This document shows, piece after piece, positions 11,595 to 22,008 of a DNA stretch of 64,000 nt (its first letter is position 1; every line of letters begins with the position of its first letter). The stretch lies in assembly GCA_051893475.1 (NCBI GenBank), contig JBJFHH010000027.1, forward strand, positions 1,526 to 65,525, in the 5' to 3' direction. The notes below the pieces were generated by a model, which was given only the letters and a program-made list of their open reading frames with translations, did not search any database and was not told where the DNA came from. A program made the translations under genes and the position numbers. The DNA comes from Bacillus sp. (in: firmicutes) (GTDB taxonomy: Bacteria > Bacillota > Bacilli > Bacillales > DSM-1321).

Positions 11595-11643
11595 AAGTTG
11601 AGATTAAGTATGAAAGACACCCGTATAAAAGGATGTCTATGCA

Positions 11644-11832
11644 TTAAACGCGTTCAACTTTACCAGATTTTAATGCTCTAGCAGAAACATATACGCGTTT
11701 TGGTTTACCATCTACTAAAATACGAACTTTTTGAAGGTTTGCACCCCAAGTACGTTTGTTAGCGTTCATAGCGTGAGAACGAGTGTTACCAGAACGAGTT
11801 CTTCTTCCCGTAATTACACATTTGCGTGCCAT
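11644..11832 (-). CDS. rpmB: 50S ribosomal protein L28
   Basis: MARKCVITG...[20 protein letters not shown]...[10 protein letters not shown]. Confidence 0.97.
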   Translation of the reverse strand: MARKCVITGRRTRSGNTRSHAMNANKRTWGANLQKVRILVDGKPKRVYVSARALKSGKVERV

Positions 11833-11905
11833 ATATAAATTCCCTCCTAACTACAGCGAGCTTAAGTTTCAATAATTCTTAAGTCAAGTAATCAAATACT
11901 TAAAT

Positions 11906-11934
11906 AATGTATCACACATAATTTCGAAATGCAA
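11906..11934 (-). promoter_or_regulatory. Sigma-A promoter of rpmB
   Basis: Minus strand TTGCAT-N17-TACATT with TG extension. Confidence 0.55.
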
Positions 11935-12084
11935 TAGTATATCTTCAACCTTTCAAGAAAAAAACCTTGACATATGAATTGACTTATTGCTTTATAATAA
12001 AATGGAGAAAAACTTTTAAAAGTTTTATTGTTATAGTAAAATGTTTGTAGTCAAAATGTATTTTTCCAAAAGGGGGAAAAACAA

Positions 12085-12447
12085 ATGTCCATTGAAATCA
12101 ATACGAAATACGGACAAATTGATATATCCAATGATGTTATTGCTACAATTGCGGGTGGTGCTGCGGTAGATTGCTACGGTATTGTCGGCATGGCGAGCAA
12201 GAAACAACTGAAAGACGGAATTACCGAGATCTTAAGAAAAGAAAACTTCACTAAGGGTGTTATTGTGCGTCAAGAAGAAGATGCAATCAATATTGATATG
12301 TACATTATTGTCAGCTACGGTACGAAAATATCTGAAGTTGCTCATAATGTTCAGTCGAAAGTGAAATATACCCTGGACAAAACGGTCGGTTTAGCAGTTG
12401 ATTCCGTTAATATTTATGTACAGGGAGTTCGCGTGACGAACCCTTAG
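12085..12447 (+). CDS. yloU: Asp23/Gls24 family protein YloU
   Basis: ISNDVIATIAGGAAVDCYGIVGMASK; upstream of the DAK2 gene. Confidence 0.9.
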   Translation: MSIEINTKYGQIDISNDVIATIAGGAAVDCYGIVGMASKKQLKDGITEILRKENFTKGVIVRQEEDAINIDMYIIVSYGTKISEVAHNVQSKVKYTLDKTVGLAVDSVNIYVQGVRVTNP

Positions 12448-12463
12448 TAAGGAGGAAACATTT

Positions 12464-14131
12464 GTGTCAATAACAAATTTAGAAGGAAAACGTTTTGCTG
12501 AAATGGTATTAATGGGTGCGAACCAATTATCCGTCAATGCCAAATTAGTAGATGCTCTGAACGTTTTTCCGGTGCCAGATGGAGATACTGGGACAAACAT
12601 GAATTTATCAATGACTTCTGGTGCAAAAGAAGTAGAAACTCATATTAATGAGCATATCGGCAAAGTAGGGCAAGCTCTTTCTAAAGGTTTGCTAATGGGT
12701 GCTCGAGGTAACTCAGGCGTTATCCTTTCACAACTTTTCCGCGGCTTTTCCAAAAAAATCGAAGCGAAAGCAAGTATCAACAGCACAGAATTTGCTGAAG
12801 CATTCGCAGCAGGCGTAGAAACAGCATATAAAGCGGTTATGAAACCTGTAGAAGGGACAATCCTTACAGTTGCTAAAGATGCAGCTAAGGCTGCTGTTGC
12901 TTCTGCTGAGGTTAATACAGACATCGTTGCTGTAATGGAGGATGTTGTAAAAGAAGCAAATGCATCGCTTCAACGTACTCCTGATTTGCTGCCTGTACTG
13001 AAAGAAGTAGGCGTAGTGGACAGCGGCGGACAAGGTCTTGTTTTCGTTTACGAAGGCTTTTTAGCGCAACTTAAAGGCGAAAAGGTGAACGTAAGCGCGG
13101 TTGCTCCATCTATGGATCAGCTTGTCAGTGCGGAACACCACATGAATGTTGCTGATCACATCAGCAGTGAAGACATCAAATTCGGTTTCTGTACAGAAAT
13201 TATGGTTCGCTTCAACGATGGCAAGGAACCGTACAATGAAGATGAATTCCGTAATCATCTAAGCGAATTAGGCGATTCATTATTAGTGATCTCAGATGAC
13301 GAAGTAGTGAAAGTGCATGTTCACACGGAACAGCCGGGTGAAGTGCTGAATTACGGTCAAAGATTCGGTACATTAATCAAAATTAAAGTTGATAATATGC
13401 GAGAGCAGCATTCAAGCCTGGTTACAAATGATGCTCCGGCAACGCCGAGTGCTCCAGTTCCTTCTAAAAAGAAAGAGGAATATGGAATCGTAGCGGTTGC
13501 GATGGGCTCAGGTGTGGCTGATTTATTCAGAAGCATCGGTGCTAAAGCGGTAATCGAAGGCGGACAAACAATGAATCCGAGCACGGAGGATATTGTTAAA
13601 GCTATTAAAGAAGTAAATGCGAAAAATGTTATTATTTTACCTAACAATAAAAACATCATTATGGCTGCGCAGCAATCTGTCGATTTAGTTGACGAGAATG
13701 TCATCGTCATCCCATCGAAAACAGTTCCGCAAGGTATGGCTTCATTACTTGCGTTCAATCCTTCGCTAGCGGCGGAAGATAACGAATCTGCAATGACAGA
13801 TGCTTTATCTACTGTTAAAACGGGTCAAATTACGTTTGCAGTCCGCGATACAAGCATTGACGGCTTAGAAATCGAAAACGGCGATTTCATGGGTATTGCA
13901 GAAGGCAAAATTGTAAATAAGAGCAAGGATAAGCTTGAGGCTGCAAAAGAATTGCTTGATCAAATGATTGATGAGGATTCTGAAATCTTGACGGTTATTT
14001 ACGGTGAAGATGTTAACGAAACAGAAGTTAATGAGTTAGTCGAATACTGTGAAGAAAAGTTTGAAGATGTTGAAGTGGAATTACATGACGGTAAACAGCC
14101 GCTTTATTCATTCATCTTAGCGGTAGAATAA
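12464..14131 (+). CDS. fakA: DAK2-domain fatty acid kinase subunit FakA (YloV)
   Basis: LNVFPVPDGDTGTNM, GARGNSGVILSQ, VVDSGG, KVHVH, GGQTMNPST. Confidence 0.93.
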   Translation: MSITNLEGKRFAEMVLMGANQLSVNAKLVDALNVFPVPDGDTGTNMNLSMTSGAKEVETHINEHIGKVGQALSKGLLMGARGNSGVILSQLFRGFSKKIEAKASINSTEFAEAFAAGVETAYKAVMKPVEGTILTVAKDAAKAAVASAEVNTDIVAVMEDVVKEANASLQRTPDLLPVLKEVGVVDSGGQGLVFVYEGFLAQLKGEKVNVSAVAPSMDQLVSAEHHMNVADHISSEDIKFGFCTEIMVRFNDGKEPYNEDEFRNHLSELGDSLLVISDDEVVKVHVHTEQPGEVLNYGQRFGTLIKIKVDNMREQHSSLVTNDAPATPSAPVPSKKKEEYGIVAVAMGSGVADLFRSIGAKAVIEGGQTMNPSTEDIVKAIKEVNAKNVIILPNNKNIIMAAQQSVDLVDENVIVIPSKTVPQGMASLLAFNPSLAAEDNESAMTDALSTVKTGQITFAVRDTSIDGLEIENGDFMGIAEGKIVNKSKDKLEAAKELLDQMIDEDSEILTVIYGEDVNETEVNELVEYCEEKFEDVEVELHDGKQPLYSFILAVE

Positions 14132-14219
14132 GTTTTTACGTTAGTACATATCGCCAAATAAGCTGATACTGTATAGAAAGTAGAAACGACACGAACATTA
14201 ATAGCATACGATGTATAAC

Positions 14220-14253
14220 AGGAATAGAAGACAGCGTCTTCTATTCCTATTTT
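14220..14253 (+). terminator. Terminator after fakA
   Basis: AGGAATAGAAGAC-agc-GTCTTCTATTCCT 13-bp perfect stem followed by ATTTT. Confidence 0.75.
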
Positions 14254-14346
14254 CATCTGAAGAGATTTTTTTACATCTCTATACTATACTGTAATTGTAA
14301 AAAAAGTAATTGGTTTCAAGATATATGCAAAATGCGAGGGAACAAT

Positions 14347-15009
14347 ATGAAATATAGAAGTGTGTTTGATATTATCGGCCCGGTTATGATTGGGCCTTCA
14401 AGCTCACATACTGCCGGTGCAGCCAGAATCGGCAAAGTGGCCAGGAGTTTATTCAGAAGACAGCCGCAATGGGTGGATATTCACCTGTATGGCTCTTTTG
14501 CGAAGACGTATAAAGGTCACGGGACAGATGTAGCGATCATTGGTGGTATTTTGGATTTTGAAACGGATGATGAAAGAATTATCCGTGCAATCGAAATCGC
14601 TGAGGCTGACGGTATGGAAATCCGTTTTATAGAAGAAGAGGCTGTTCCGGATCATCCGAATACTGCCAAAATCCGCATGGGTGATGATGATGGTGAAATG
14701 GAAATGGTCGGCATTTCAATAGGGGGCGGTAAAATCGAGATTATCGAGCTGAACGGGTTTGTTTTAAGACTGTCCGGACAGCATCCGGCTATCCTAGTTG
14801 AACATACCGATAAATTTGGAGCAATTGCGAATGTAGCAACCGTCTTGGCAAAGCATGAAATTAATATCGGCCATATGGAAGTCTCAAGGAAAGAGATGGG
14901 GCAGAGAGCTTTAATGACAATTGAAGTCGACCAAAACATCGAAGATTTCATTTTGGACGAAATCGGTAAATTGCCGTCAATTCTTGGTGTGACAAAAGTT
15001 GTTGATTGA
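14347..15009 (+). CDS. sdaAB: L-serine dehydratase beta subunit
   Basis: SVFDIIGPVMIGPSSSHTAGA, TYKGHGTD, C-terminal ACT domain. Confidence 0.95.
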   Translation: MKYRSVFDIIGPVMIGPSSSHTAGAARIGKVARSLFRRQPQWVDIHLYGSFAKTYKGHGTDVAIIGGILDFETDDERIIRAIEIAEADGMEIRFIEEEAVPDHPNTAKIRMGDDDGEMEMVGISIGGGKIEIIELNGFVLRLSGQHPAILVEHTDKFGAIANVATVLAKHEINIGHMEVSRKEMGQRALMTIEVDQNIEDFILDEIGKLPSILGVTKVVD

Positions 15010-15026
15010 TTTAGGGAGGTAAAGTA

Positions 15027-15914
15027 TTGTTTAGAAATGTTGCTGAGCTTGTACACTTAGCAGAAAGTCAGAATAAAAAAATATCAGAAATTATGATCGA
15101 ACAAGAAATGAAAGTGCTCCAATTGAGCCGTGAAGAAATCATTGCGAAAATGGAACGGAATCTTGTTGTCATGGAGAAGGCAATTGAGCGCGGTCTTGAA
15201 GGTGTTAAATCTCACTCAGGGTTAACAGGTGGAGATGCTGTATTGCTGCAAAAATATATCGCGTCCGGCAAGTCTTTATCGGGTACGTTACTCCTAGACG
15301 CTGTCAGCAAATCAGTAGCAACGAATGAAGTGAATGCGGCCATGGGAACGATTTGTGCAACGCCGACAGCTGGTTCAGCTGGTGTTGTACCGGGCACGCT
15401 TTATGCTATTCGTGAAAAGTTGAATCCTACACGTGAGCAAATGGTTGCTTTCTTATTTACTTCAGGAGCATTCGGATTTGTTGTCGCTAATAATGCCAGC
15501 ATTTCCGGTGCGGCAGGAGGCTGTCAGGCAGAGGTAGGCTCGGCAAGTGGAATGGCTGCTGCGGCAATTGTTGAAATGGCAGGAGGAACGCCAGCTCAAT
15601 GTGCCGAAGCGATGGCAATTACATTAAAGAACATGCTAGGTCTTGTATGTGACCCAGTTGCAGGGCTTGTAGAAGTGCCGTGCGTGAAACGGAATGCAAT
15701 GGGAGCTGCCAATGCGATGGTAGCGGCTGATATGGCTTTAGCCGGCATTAAGAGCCGTATTCCTTGTGATGAAGTTATTGGCGCAATGTTCCGTATCGGT
15801 CAGTCAATGCCTGCTGCGCTTAGAGAAACAGCGTTGGGAGGACTGGCAGCTACTCCTACCGGCAAAGCTTTGGAGGCGAAAATTTTCGGAACACCGAAAA
15901 AAGAGGGGAAATAA
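15027..15914 (+). CDS. sdaAA: L-serine dehydratase alpha subunit (Fe-S)
   Basis: ICATPTAGSAG, GGCQAEVG, LVCDPVAGLVEVPC. Confidence 0.96.
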   Translation: MFRNVAELVHLAESQNKKISEIMIEQEMKVLQLSREEIIAKMERNLVVMEKAIERGLEGVKSHSGLTGGDAVLLQKYIASGKSLSGTLLLDAVSKSVATNEVNAAMGTICATPTAGSAGVVPGTLYAIREKLNPTREQMVAFLFTSGAFGFVVANNASISGAAGGCQAEVGSASGMAAAAIVEMAGGTPAQCAEAMAITLKNMLGLVCDPVAGLVEVPCVKRNAMGAANAMVAADMALAGIKSRIPCDEVIGAMFRIGQSMPAALRETALGGLAATPTGKALEAKIFGTPKKEGK

Positions 15915-17956
15915 TGAACGTATATAATCCGGTTTCAGATATTAAAGGGATAGGACCAGAAACGACGGAAGCTCTTCGCGAGATGGGAATCGAAACGGTT
16001 TTGGATCTGCTGGAATATTTGCCGTACCGTTATGATGATTTCCGTCTCCGCGATTTGGAGGAAGTGGAGCATGATGAAAGAGTAACTGTCCAAGGAGTGA
16101 TTCATAGTGCTCCGGCAGTTGTATATTACGGCAAGAAGAAATCGAGGTTGACATTCAAATTGTTGGTTGGACGCTATTTAGTGTCAGTTATTTTCTTTAA
16201 TCAGCCTTATTTGAAGAGCAAATTGGCGTTGCAGCAAACGATATCGATTACAGGAAAATGGGATCGTCACAGACAGACGATTACTGCTACGACATTTTCT
16301 GATGGAGAAAGCGAGGCGCAAAAAGATTTTGAGCCTGTTTACTCCACGAAGGGAAGTGTTACGGTAAAAGGCTTGAGGAAGTTTATGTCGATTGCTTTTT
16401 CTCAATATGCACAATCAATACCGGATGTGCTGCCCCCTTATTTGCTGAAAAAATACCGGCTGCTAAGTAAAAGGGACGCCTTACGAGCGATGCATTTTCC
16501 GCAAGGATCTGAAGATTTGAAGCAGGCGCGAAGAAGGATGGCGTATGAAGAGTTGCTGTTGTTTCAACTGAAAATGCAAAGTTTGCGCAGAATCGAGCGA
16601 CATGGCTCAGTCGGTAAGCAGCAACAATTTGATGAGGAAAAATGGCAGCAATTTATTGATTGTTTACCGTTTCCGCTTACGTCTGCTCAAAATCGAGTAG
16701 TAAAAGAAATTATCTCTGATATGAAATCACCGCACCGGATGAACCGTCTGCTACAAGGAGATGTAGGGTCGGGGAAGACAGTCGTAGCTACGATTGCTTT
16801 ATTGGCAACAGTATTATCGGGACATCAAGGTGCGCTTATGGTGCCGACAGAAATTTTAGCTGAACAGCATGCCGCTTCTATCGCTGGTTTGTTGGAAGGA
16901 ACAGGTGTGAAATCGGCGTTGTTCACAAGTTCAGTTAAGGGGAAGAAGCGTCGTGAACTGCTGGCTGATTTGCAAGCTGGCAATATTGATATTTTAATAG
17001 GCACACATGCGTTGATTGGTGATGAAGTATCATTCCGCTCTTTAGGACTGGTCATAACGGATGAGCAGCATCGTTTCGGTGTGGAGCAAAGGAAAATTTT
17101 ACGCGAGAAGGGCGAGAATCCGGATGTGTTGTTCATGACAGCGACACCGATTCCGCGGACGCTGGCGATTACTGTGTTCGGTGAGATGGACGTGTCAATC
17201 ATTGATGAGATGCCGGCTGGACGTAAGCCGATTGAAACGTACTGGGCAAAGCATAATATGCTGGAACGTGTTTTAGGCTTTATGGATAAAGAGCTCGTTA
17301 AAGGCAGGCAAGCTTACGTCATTTGTCCTTTGATTGACGAATCGGAAAAACTCGATCTTCAAAACGCGATTGAAGTGCACGACATGCTTTGTCATTATTA
17401 TGGTGACCGATTTAAAGTCGGACTGATGCATGGTAAATTGCTTCCTGCCGAAAAAGACGAAGTGATGAAAGCTTTTAGCGAAAATGAAGTGCAAATTTTA
17501 GTATCGACCACAGTTGTAGAGGTAGGTGTGAATGTGCCGAATGCAACATTCATGCTCGTATACGATGCGGAAAGATTCGGTTTGTCTCAGCTGCATCAAT
17601 TGCGAGGTCGTGTCGGTCGAGGCAGCGAGCAATCATATTGTGTTTTAGTAAGTGATGCCAAATCAGAAAACGGCAAAGAACGAATGCGCATCATGACAGA
17701 AACAAATGATGGCTTCGTCTTGTCGGAGAAAGATTTGGAACTCCGGGGACCCGGCGACTTTTTCGGTAAAAAGCAGAGCGGACTCCCGGAGTTTAAGGTG
17801 GCTGATCTCATTCATGATTATCGCATTCTCGAGGTAGCGCGAGATGATGCTTCTCAGCTCGTCAACAGCGATCAATTTTGGAAAGAGGAATCGTTTGAGG
17901 ATCTACGCGCCTATTTACGCTCGCAAGGTGTTTTTACAGAGATGAAGTTTGATTAA
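15914..17956 (+). CDS. recG: ATP-dependent DNA helicase RecG
   Basis: QGDVGSGKT, DEQHRFG, MTATPIPR, LHQLRGRVGR, DLELRGPG. Confidence 0.97.
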   Translation: MNVYNPVSDIKGIGPETTEALREMGIETVLDLLEYLPYRYDDFRLRDLEEVEHDERVTVQGVIHSAPAVVYYGKKKSRLTFKLLVGRYLVSVIFFNQPYLKSKLALQQTISITGKWDRHRQTITATTFSDGESEAQKDFEPVYSTKGSVTVKGLRKFMSIAFSQYAQSIPDVLPPYLLKKYRLLSKRDALRAMHFPQGSEDLKQARRRMAYEELLLFQLKMQSLRRIERHGSVGKQQQFDEEKWQQFIDCLPFPLTSAQNRVVKEIISDMKSPHRMNRLLQGDVGSGKTVVATIALLATVLSGHQGALMVPTEILAEQHAASIAGLLEGTGVKSALFTSSVKGKKRRELLADLQAGNIDILIGTHALIGDEVSFRSLGLVITDEQHRFGVEQRKILREKGENPDVLFMTATPIPRTLAITVFGEMDVSIIDEMPAGRKPIETYWAKHNMLERVLGFMDKELVKGRQAYVICPLIDESEKLDLQNAIEVHDMLCHYYGDRFKVGLMHGKLLPAEKDEVMKAFSENEVQILVSTTVVEVGVNVPNATFMLVYDAERFGLSQLHQLRGRVGRGSEQSYCVLVSDAKSENGKERMRIMTETNDGFVLSEKDLELRGPGDFFGKKQSGLPEFKVADLIHDYRILEVARDDASQLVNSDQFWKEESFEDLRAYLRSQGVFTEMKFD

Positions 17957-17980
17957 AAAGGCTGGTAACGGTTTTTCTAA

Positions 17981-18167
17981 TTGTCCAGCTGCAGCGGCCA
18001 ACCTCTCAAGGTCATAAGCCGATCCGTCCGGAAGGTAAAGAGCAACCTTCCAGCCGGCTTGTCTTATGCTGGTCGAGGGCTCTCAGGATGAGAGTCACAG
18101 CGACGTTGCTACAGGACGTAGCGTTCTTAGTCGCTGTTCATCAATAACGGGCCGCTTCCGCATTTCT
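17981..18167. repeat. GC-rich structured intergenic repeat (Bacillaceae REP/MITE-like) between recG and fapR
   Basis: Nested inverted repeats AGCGGCC/GGCCGCT, CATAAG/CTTATG, GGAAGGT/ACCTTCC; flanked by TTTTCTAA and TTTCTTAA. Resembles from memory a widespread Bacillus intergenic repeat. Confidence 0.7.
18079..18140 (-). ncRNA. Bacillaceae-1-like RNA motif nested in the repeat
   Basis: On the minus strand, two hairpins have loops GUCCU (gctac/gtagc stem, extended by ACAGCGAC/GTCGCTGT) and AUCCU (ctctc/gagag stem). Twin RUCCU loops are the defining feature of Bacillaceae-1. Confidence 0.65.
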
Positions 18168-18195
18168 TAATAGATTGCAAGTTTTTAAATAACTC

Positions 18196-18245
18196 TTGCA
18201 ATCTTTTTTTGAAGTATATATACTACTATTAGTACCTAGTCATAA
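18196..18245 (+). promoter_or_regulatory. fapR operon sigma-A promoter with FapR operator
   Basis: TTGCAA(18196)-N17-TATACT(18219); 17-bp FapR box TTAGTACCTAGTCATAA at 18229-18245. Confidence 0.85.
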
Positions 18246-18264
18246 TACTCGGATGGTGACATAC

Positions 18265-18864
18265 ATGAGACGAAGCAAAAAGGACCGTCAATTACTATTA
18301 ACAGAAACAATTGAGAATAATCCCTTTATTACGGACGAAGAGCTTGCGGACACATTTGCTGTCAGCATACAGACGATTCGTCTCGACCGCCTGGAATTAT
18401 CTATTCCGGAGCTGAGGGAGCGTATTAAGAACGTAGCTGAAAAAAATTACAGCGATGAAATAAAAGCCTTGCCGATTGAAGAAGTAATTGGTGATATTAT
18501 AGATATAGAACTTGATCATAGTGCGCTTTCAATATTTGATGTCAAAAAAGAGCATGTATTCACTCGAAACGGGATTGCCCGCGGCCATCATTTGTTTGCG
18601 CAGGCAAATTCATTAGCGGTAGCGGTTATCAATGATGAATTGACATTAACGTCAAAAGCGGAAATTAATTTTACACGTCCGGTTAAGGAAAACAGCCGGG
18701 TCATTGCGAAAGCGAAAGTAATTGAGCGGCAAACTGAATCCGGACGTTCAATTGTTGAAGTGAATAGCCATGTGAATAATGAAATCGTATTTAAAGGCAC
18801 TTTTGAAATGTACCGTTCGAATATAGACAGAAGGAATGAAGAAAAAAATGAAGATAGCAATTGA
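18265..18864 (+). CDS. fapR: Fatty acid biosynthesis repressor FapR
   Basis: [41 protein letters not shown]; start reset to ATG 18265. Confidence 0.96.
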   Translation: MRRSKKDRQLLLTETIENNPFITDEELADTFAVSIQTIRLDRLELSIPELRERIKNVAEKNYSDEIKALPIEEVIGDIIDIELDHSALSIFDVKKEHVFTRNGIARGHHLFAQANSLAVAVINDELTLTSKAEINFTRPVKENSRVIAKAKVIERQTESGRSIVEVNSHVNNEIVFKGTFEMYRSNIDRRNEEKNEDSN

Positions 18865-19840
18865 TGCAATGGGCGGAGATCATGCTCCGAAAGAAGCGGT
18901 TTTAGGAGCGATCGAAGCGGTCAAAGATTTTAATGATATCGAGATTTTGTTAGTCGGTGATGAACAGCAAATCAATCAATATTTAACACCGCATGAACGA
19001 ATCTCTGTTTTACATACTGATGAACAAATTTTAGCGACAGATGAGCCTGTTCGGGCAGTAAGACGCAAAAAGCAGGCGTCGATGGTGCTTGCGGCACAGC
19101 AAGTGGCTGACGGTAAGGCGGATGCGTGCATCTCAGCCGGCAGTACAGGCGCTTTAATGGCGGCAGGGCTGTTTGTAGTTGGAAGAATTAAAGGAATTGA
19201 GAGACCGGCGCTTGCACCGACATTGCCGACATTAAACGGAGATGGCTTTGTTCTTCTTGATGTCGGAGCGAATGCGGAAGCGAGAGCGGAGCATTTGCTT
19301 CAATTTGCGATTATGGGCTCGGTATATGCGGAGAAAGTAAGAGGAATTAAAAATCCGCGTGTAGGTTTGCTGAACATCGGCACTGAAGATAAAAAAGGAA
19401 ACGAACTGACAAAAGCGGCCTTCGCATTAATGAAAGAAGCACCGATTCATTTTGTCGGAAATGTCGAAAGCCGTGATTTAATGGAAGGCGTTGCTGATGT
19501 TGTTGTTACTGATGGATTTACGGGTAACATGGTATTAAAGACAACAGAAGGAACAGCAATGGCTGTCTTTAAAATGCTGAAAGAATCATTAATGAGCAGT
19601 GTCAGAAGCAAGCTGGCGGCTGCCATGCTGAAGCCGGAGTTTAAGGAAATCAAGGCGAAAATGGATTATTCAGAGCATGGAGGAGCGGCGTTGTTCGGTT
19701 TGAAAGCTCCTGTCATAAAAGCGCACGGTTCATCTGATGCAAGAGCATTTTACAGCGCTATACGCCAAACGAAAACAATGGTTCAGCATGAGGTGGCCTC
19801 TACCATCAAACGTTTTGTTGAAAAAGAGGATAGCAAGTAA
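18848..19840 (+). CDS. plsX: Phosphate acyltransferase PlsX
   Basis: [32 protein letters not shown]. Confidence 0.97.
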   Translation: MKIAIDAMGGDHAPKEAVLGAIEAVKDFNDIEILLVGDEQQINQYLTPHERISVLHTDEQILATDEPVRAVRRKKQASMVLAAQQVADGKADACISAGSTGALMAAGLFVVGRIKGIERPALAPTLPTLNGDGFVLLDVGANAEARAEHLLQFAIMGSVYAEKVRGIKNPRVGLLNIGTEDKKGNELTKAAFALMKEAPIHFVGNVESRDLMEGVADVVVTDGFTGNMVLKTTEGTAMAVFKMLKESLMSSVRSKLAAAMLKPEFKEIKAKMDYSEHGGAALFGLKAPVIKAHGSSDARAFYSAIRQTKTMVQHEVASTIKRFVEKEDSK

Positions 19841-19864
19841 TTCATTTTGGCGAGGAGAGATTAT

Positions 19865-20806
19865 ATGGCTGTAATAGGTTTTGTTTTTCCCGGTCAAGGT
19901 TCACAGTCTGTCGGAATGGGCTTGGAGCTTGCGGAACAATACGAGAGTGTACGAGCATTATATGAAAAAGCGGATGAAGCGCTGCAATTTTCTTTAAGTG
20001 ACTTAATTTTTCAAGGACCTCAAGAGAAATTGACGTTGACAGCAAATGCCCAACCGGCTTTGCTGTCAACAAGCATAGCGATTATGTCAAGATTGCAACA
20101 GTTTGACATTAAGCCGAATTACGTAGCAGGTCACAGCCTCGGGGAATATAGTGCTCTTGTGGCTGGCGGCATGCTTGACTTTGAGGATGCGGTTTGTATT
20201 GTTCGTAAGCGAGGCGAATTCATGGAAGAGGCTGTTCCTGCAGGAGTCGGGAAAATGGCGGCGATTCTCGGTTTGGACCGACAATTGCTCGAAGATATTA
20301 CAGCTACTGTCTCAGCCAACGGAACGCCTGTGCAATTAGCAAATATAAATAGCCCGGGGCAAATTGTCATTTCCGGTTCTGCGGAGGGTGTGACAATCGC
20401 TTGTGAGAAAGCAAAAGATAACGGAGCTAAACGTGCGATTATGCTCGATGTAAGCGGGCCGTTCCATTCAAGCTTAATGAAGCCTGCTGCTTCTGACCTT
20501 AGAGCGGCATTTGCGGAGTTTTCATGGAAGGATGCTTCAATCCCGGTTGTTTCTAATGTTAATGCAAAGCCGATTACTTCGGCGGATGAAATGAAAGAGA
20601 AGCTGGTGCAACAATTATATTCCCCTGTTTTATGGCAAGACTGTGTAGAACATATGATTGAACTTGGAGTCGATACATTTATTGAAATCGGATCGGGTAA
20701 AGTTTTATCTGGTTTAATAAAAAAAATTAATCGTTCTGTAAAGGTATATTCCGTGTCAAACGAGAAGGAAATACAAGCAGTCGTTGCTGCGTTAAAGGAG
20801 GAGTAA
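19865..20806 (+). CDS. fabD: Malonyl-CoA:ACP transacylase
   Basis: FPGQGSQ, GHSLGEY, VSGPFHS. Confidence 0.97.
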   Translation: MAVIGFVFPGQGSQSVGMGLELAEQYESVRALYEKADEALQFSLSDLIFQGPQEKLTLTANAQPALLSTSIAIMSRLQQFDIKPNYVAGHSLGEYSALVAGGMLDFEDAVCIVRKRGEFMEEAVPAGVGKMAAILGLDRQLLEDITATVSANGTPVQLANINSPGQIVISGSAEGVTIACEKAKDNGAKRAIMLDVSGPFHSSLMKPAASDLRAAFAEFSWKDASIPVVSNVNAKPITSADEMKEKLVQQLYSPVLWQDCVEHMIELGVDTFIEIGSGKVLSGLIKKINRSVKVYSVSNEKEIQAVVAALKEE

Positions 20807-20808
20807 TT

Positions 20809-21552
20809 GTGAAATTACTAGGTCAAGTAGCTCTTGTTACAGGTGCATCAAGAGGGATCGGGCGAGAAATTGCCCTCGAGTTAGCCCGTCAAGGCGCCGA
20901 TGTAGCCGTTAACTATGCCGGAAATGAAGCGCTGGCCAATGAGGTTGTTGCGGAAGTTGCGGCAATGGGCAGAAAAGCGATTGCAATCCGCTGTAATGTT
21001 GCGGATGCGGAAGAGGTAGCGCAAATGGTCAAAGAAACAATCGAGAAGCTGGGGCGTATTGATATCCTGGTCAACAATGCCGGGGTAACGCGCGATAATC
21101 TATTGATGCGCATGAAGGAAGAAGAATGGGATACTGTACTTAATACAAATCTAAAAGGTGTATTCCTATGTACGAAGGCCATTACGAGACCGATGATGAA
21201 GCAGCGTAAAGGCCGAATTATTAATGTTGCAAGTGTGGTTGGTGTAGTCGGTAATGCCGGACAGGCAAATTATGTGGCAGCGAAAGCGGGCGTAATCGGT
21301 TTGACGAAAACAACGGCTAAGGAGCTGGCTCCAAGAGGCATTAATGTGAATGCGATTGCTCCCGGATTTATATCGACTGATATGACCGACCAGTTGCCTG
21401 AGGAAGTGAGAAACGGTCTGTTGGCGCAAATTCCGCTGGCGAGATTCGGTGAACCTTCTGATATTGCGAAAGTGGCTGTTTTTTTAGCATGTGAAGACAG
21501 CGCCTATATGACGGGGCAAACGCTGTGCATTGACGGCGGTATGGTTATGTGA
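20809..21552 (+). CDS. fabG: 3-oxoacyl-ACP reductase
   Basis: [17 protein letters not shown]; GTG start. Confidence 0.97.
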   Translation: MKLLGQVALVTGASRGIGREIALELARQGADVAVNYAGNEALANEVVAEVAAMGRKAIAIRCNVADAEEVAQMVKETIEKLGRIDILVNNAGVTRDNLLMRMKEEEWDTVLNTNLKGVFLCTKAITRPMMKQRKGRIINVASVVGVVGNAGQANYVAAKAGVIGLTKTTAKELAPRGINVNAIAPGFISTDMTDQLPEEVRNGLLAQIPLARFGEPSDIAKVAVFLACEDSAYMTGQTLCIDGGMVM

Positions 21553-21651
21553 TTTTTTTGTGAATGTCACAATTAATGGCAATTAATAAAAAATATTTAT
21601 TATTGCAGTAAAATCAAATATAATAAGGTGAATTGAAAGGAGGTGAAAAAT

Positions 21652-21885
21652 ATGGCAGATGTATTAGAGCGTATTACAAAAATCGTCGTTGACCGTTTAG
21701 AGGTTGAGGCGTCAGAAGTAACGCCAGAAGCTTCTTTCAAGGATGATTTAGGTGCGGATTCTCTTGATGTAGTAGAGCTAGTAATGGAGCTTGAAGATGA
21801 ATTCGGAATGGAAATTTCTGATGAGGACGCAGAAAAAATCTCAACGGTTGGTGATGCCGTTAATTACATAAAAAGCAATATGTAA
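21652..21885 (+). CDS. acpP: Acyl carrier protein
   Basis: [12 protein letters not shown] phosphopantetheine site; RBS AAGGAGGTGA. Confidence 0.97.
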   Translation: MADVLERITKIVVDRLEVEASEVTPEASFKDDLGADSLDVVELVMELEDEFGMEISDEDAEKISTVGDAVNYIKSNM

Positions 21886-21902
21886 TAGATCAATTTCATG
21901 AT

Positions 21903-21995
21903 AAGGTCGACTCATATGAAGATTTGACAGCTTGCTTCATGTAGAGCATTCTCTATATAAAGTAATAAATTGTCTCTTCAAGAGTCGACCTTTTT
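21903..21995 (+). terminator. Long stem-loop after acpP (terminator and/or processing stem)
   Basis: AAGGTCGACTC (21903-13) / GAGTCGACCTT (21982-92) followed by a T-tract; inner TGAAGA/TCTTCA and GACA/TGTC pairs. Confidence 0.6.
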
Positions 21996-22008
21996 CTTAT
22001 TTTGCATT

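Noticed and set aside
14141-14157. TTAGTAC after fakA as a FapR box
   Set aside because: Only a half-site, and it lies upstream of a terminator.
18175-18201. TTGCAAG-N13-CTTGCAA at the fapR promoter as another copy of the N8 box
   Set aside because: Different spacing and half-site sequence.
21558-21572. TTGTGA-atg-TCACAA palindrome before acpP as a Rex or Fnr site
   Set aside because: The spacer is 3 nt rather than the 6 nt these regulators need.
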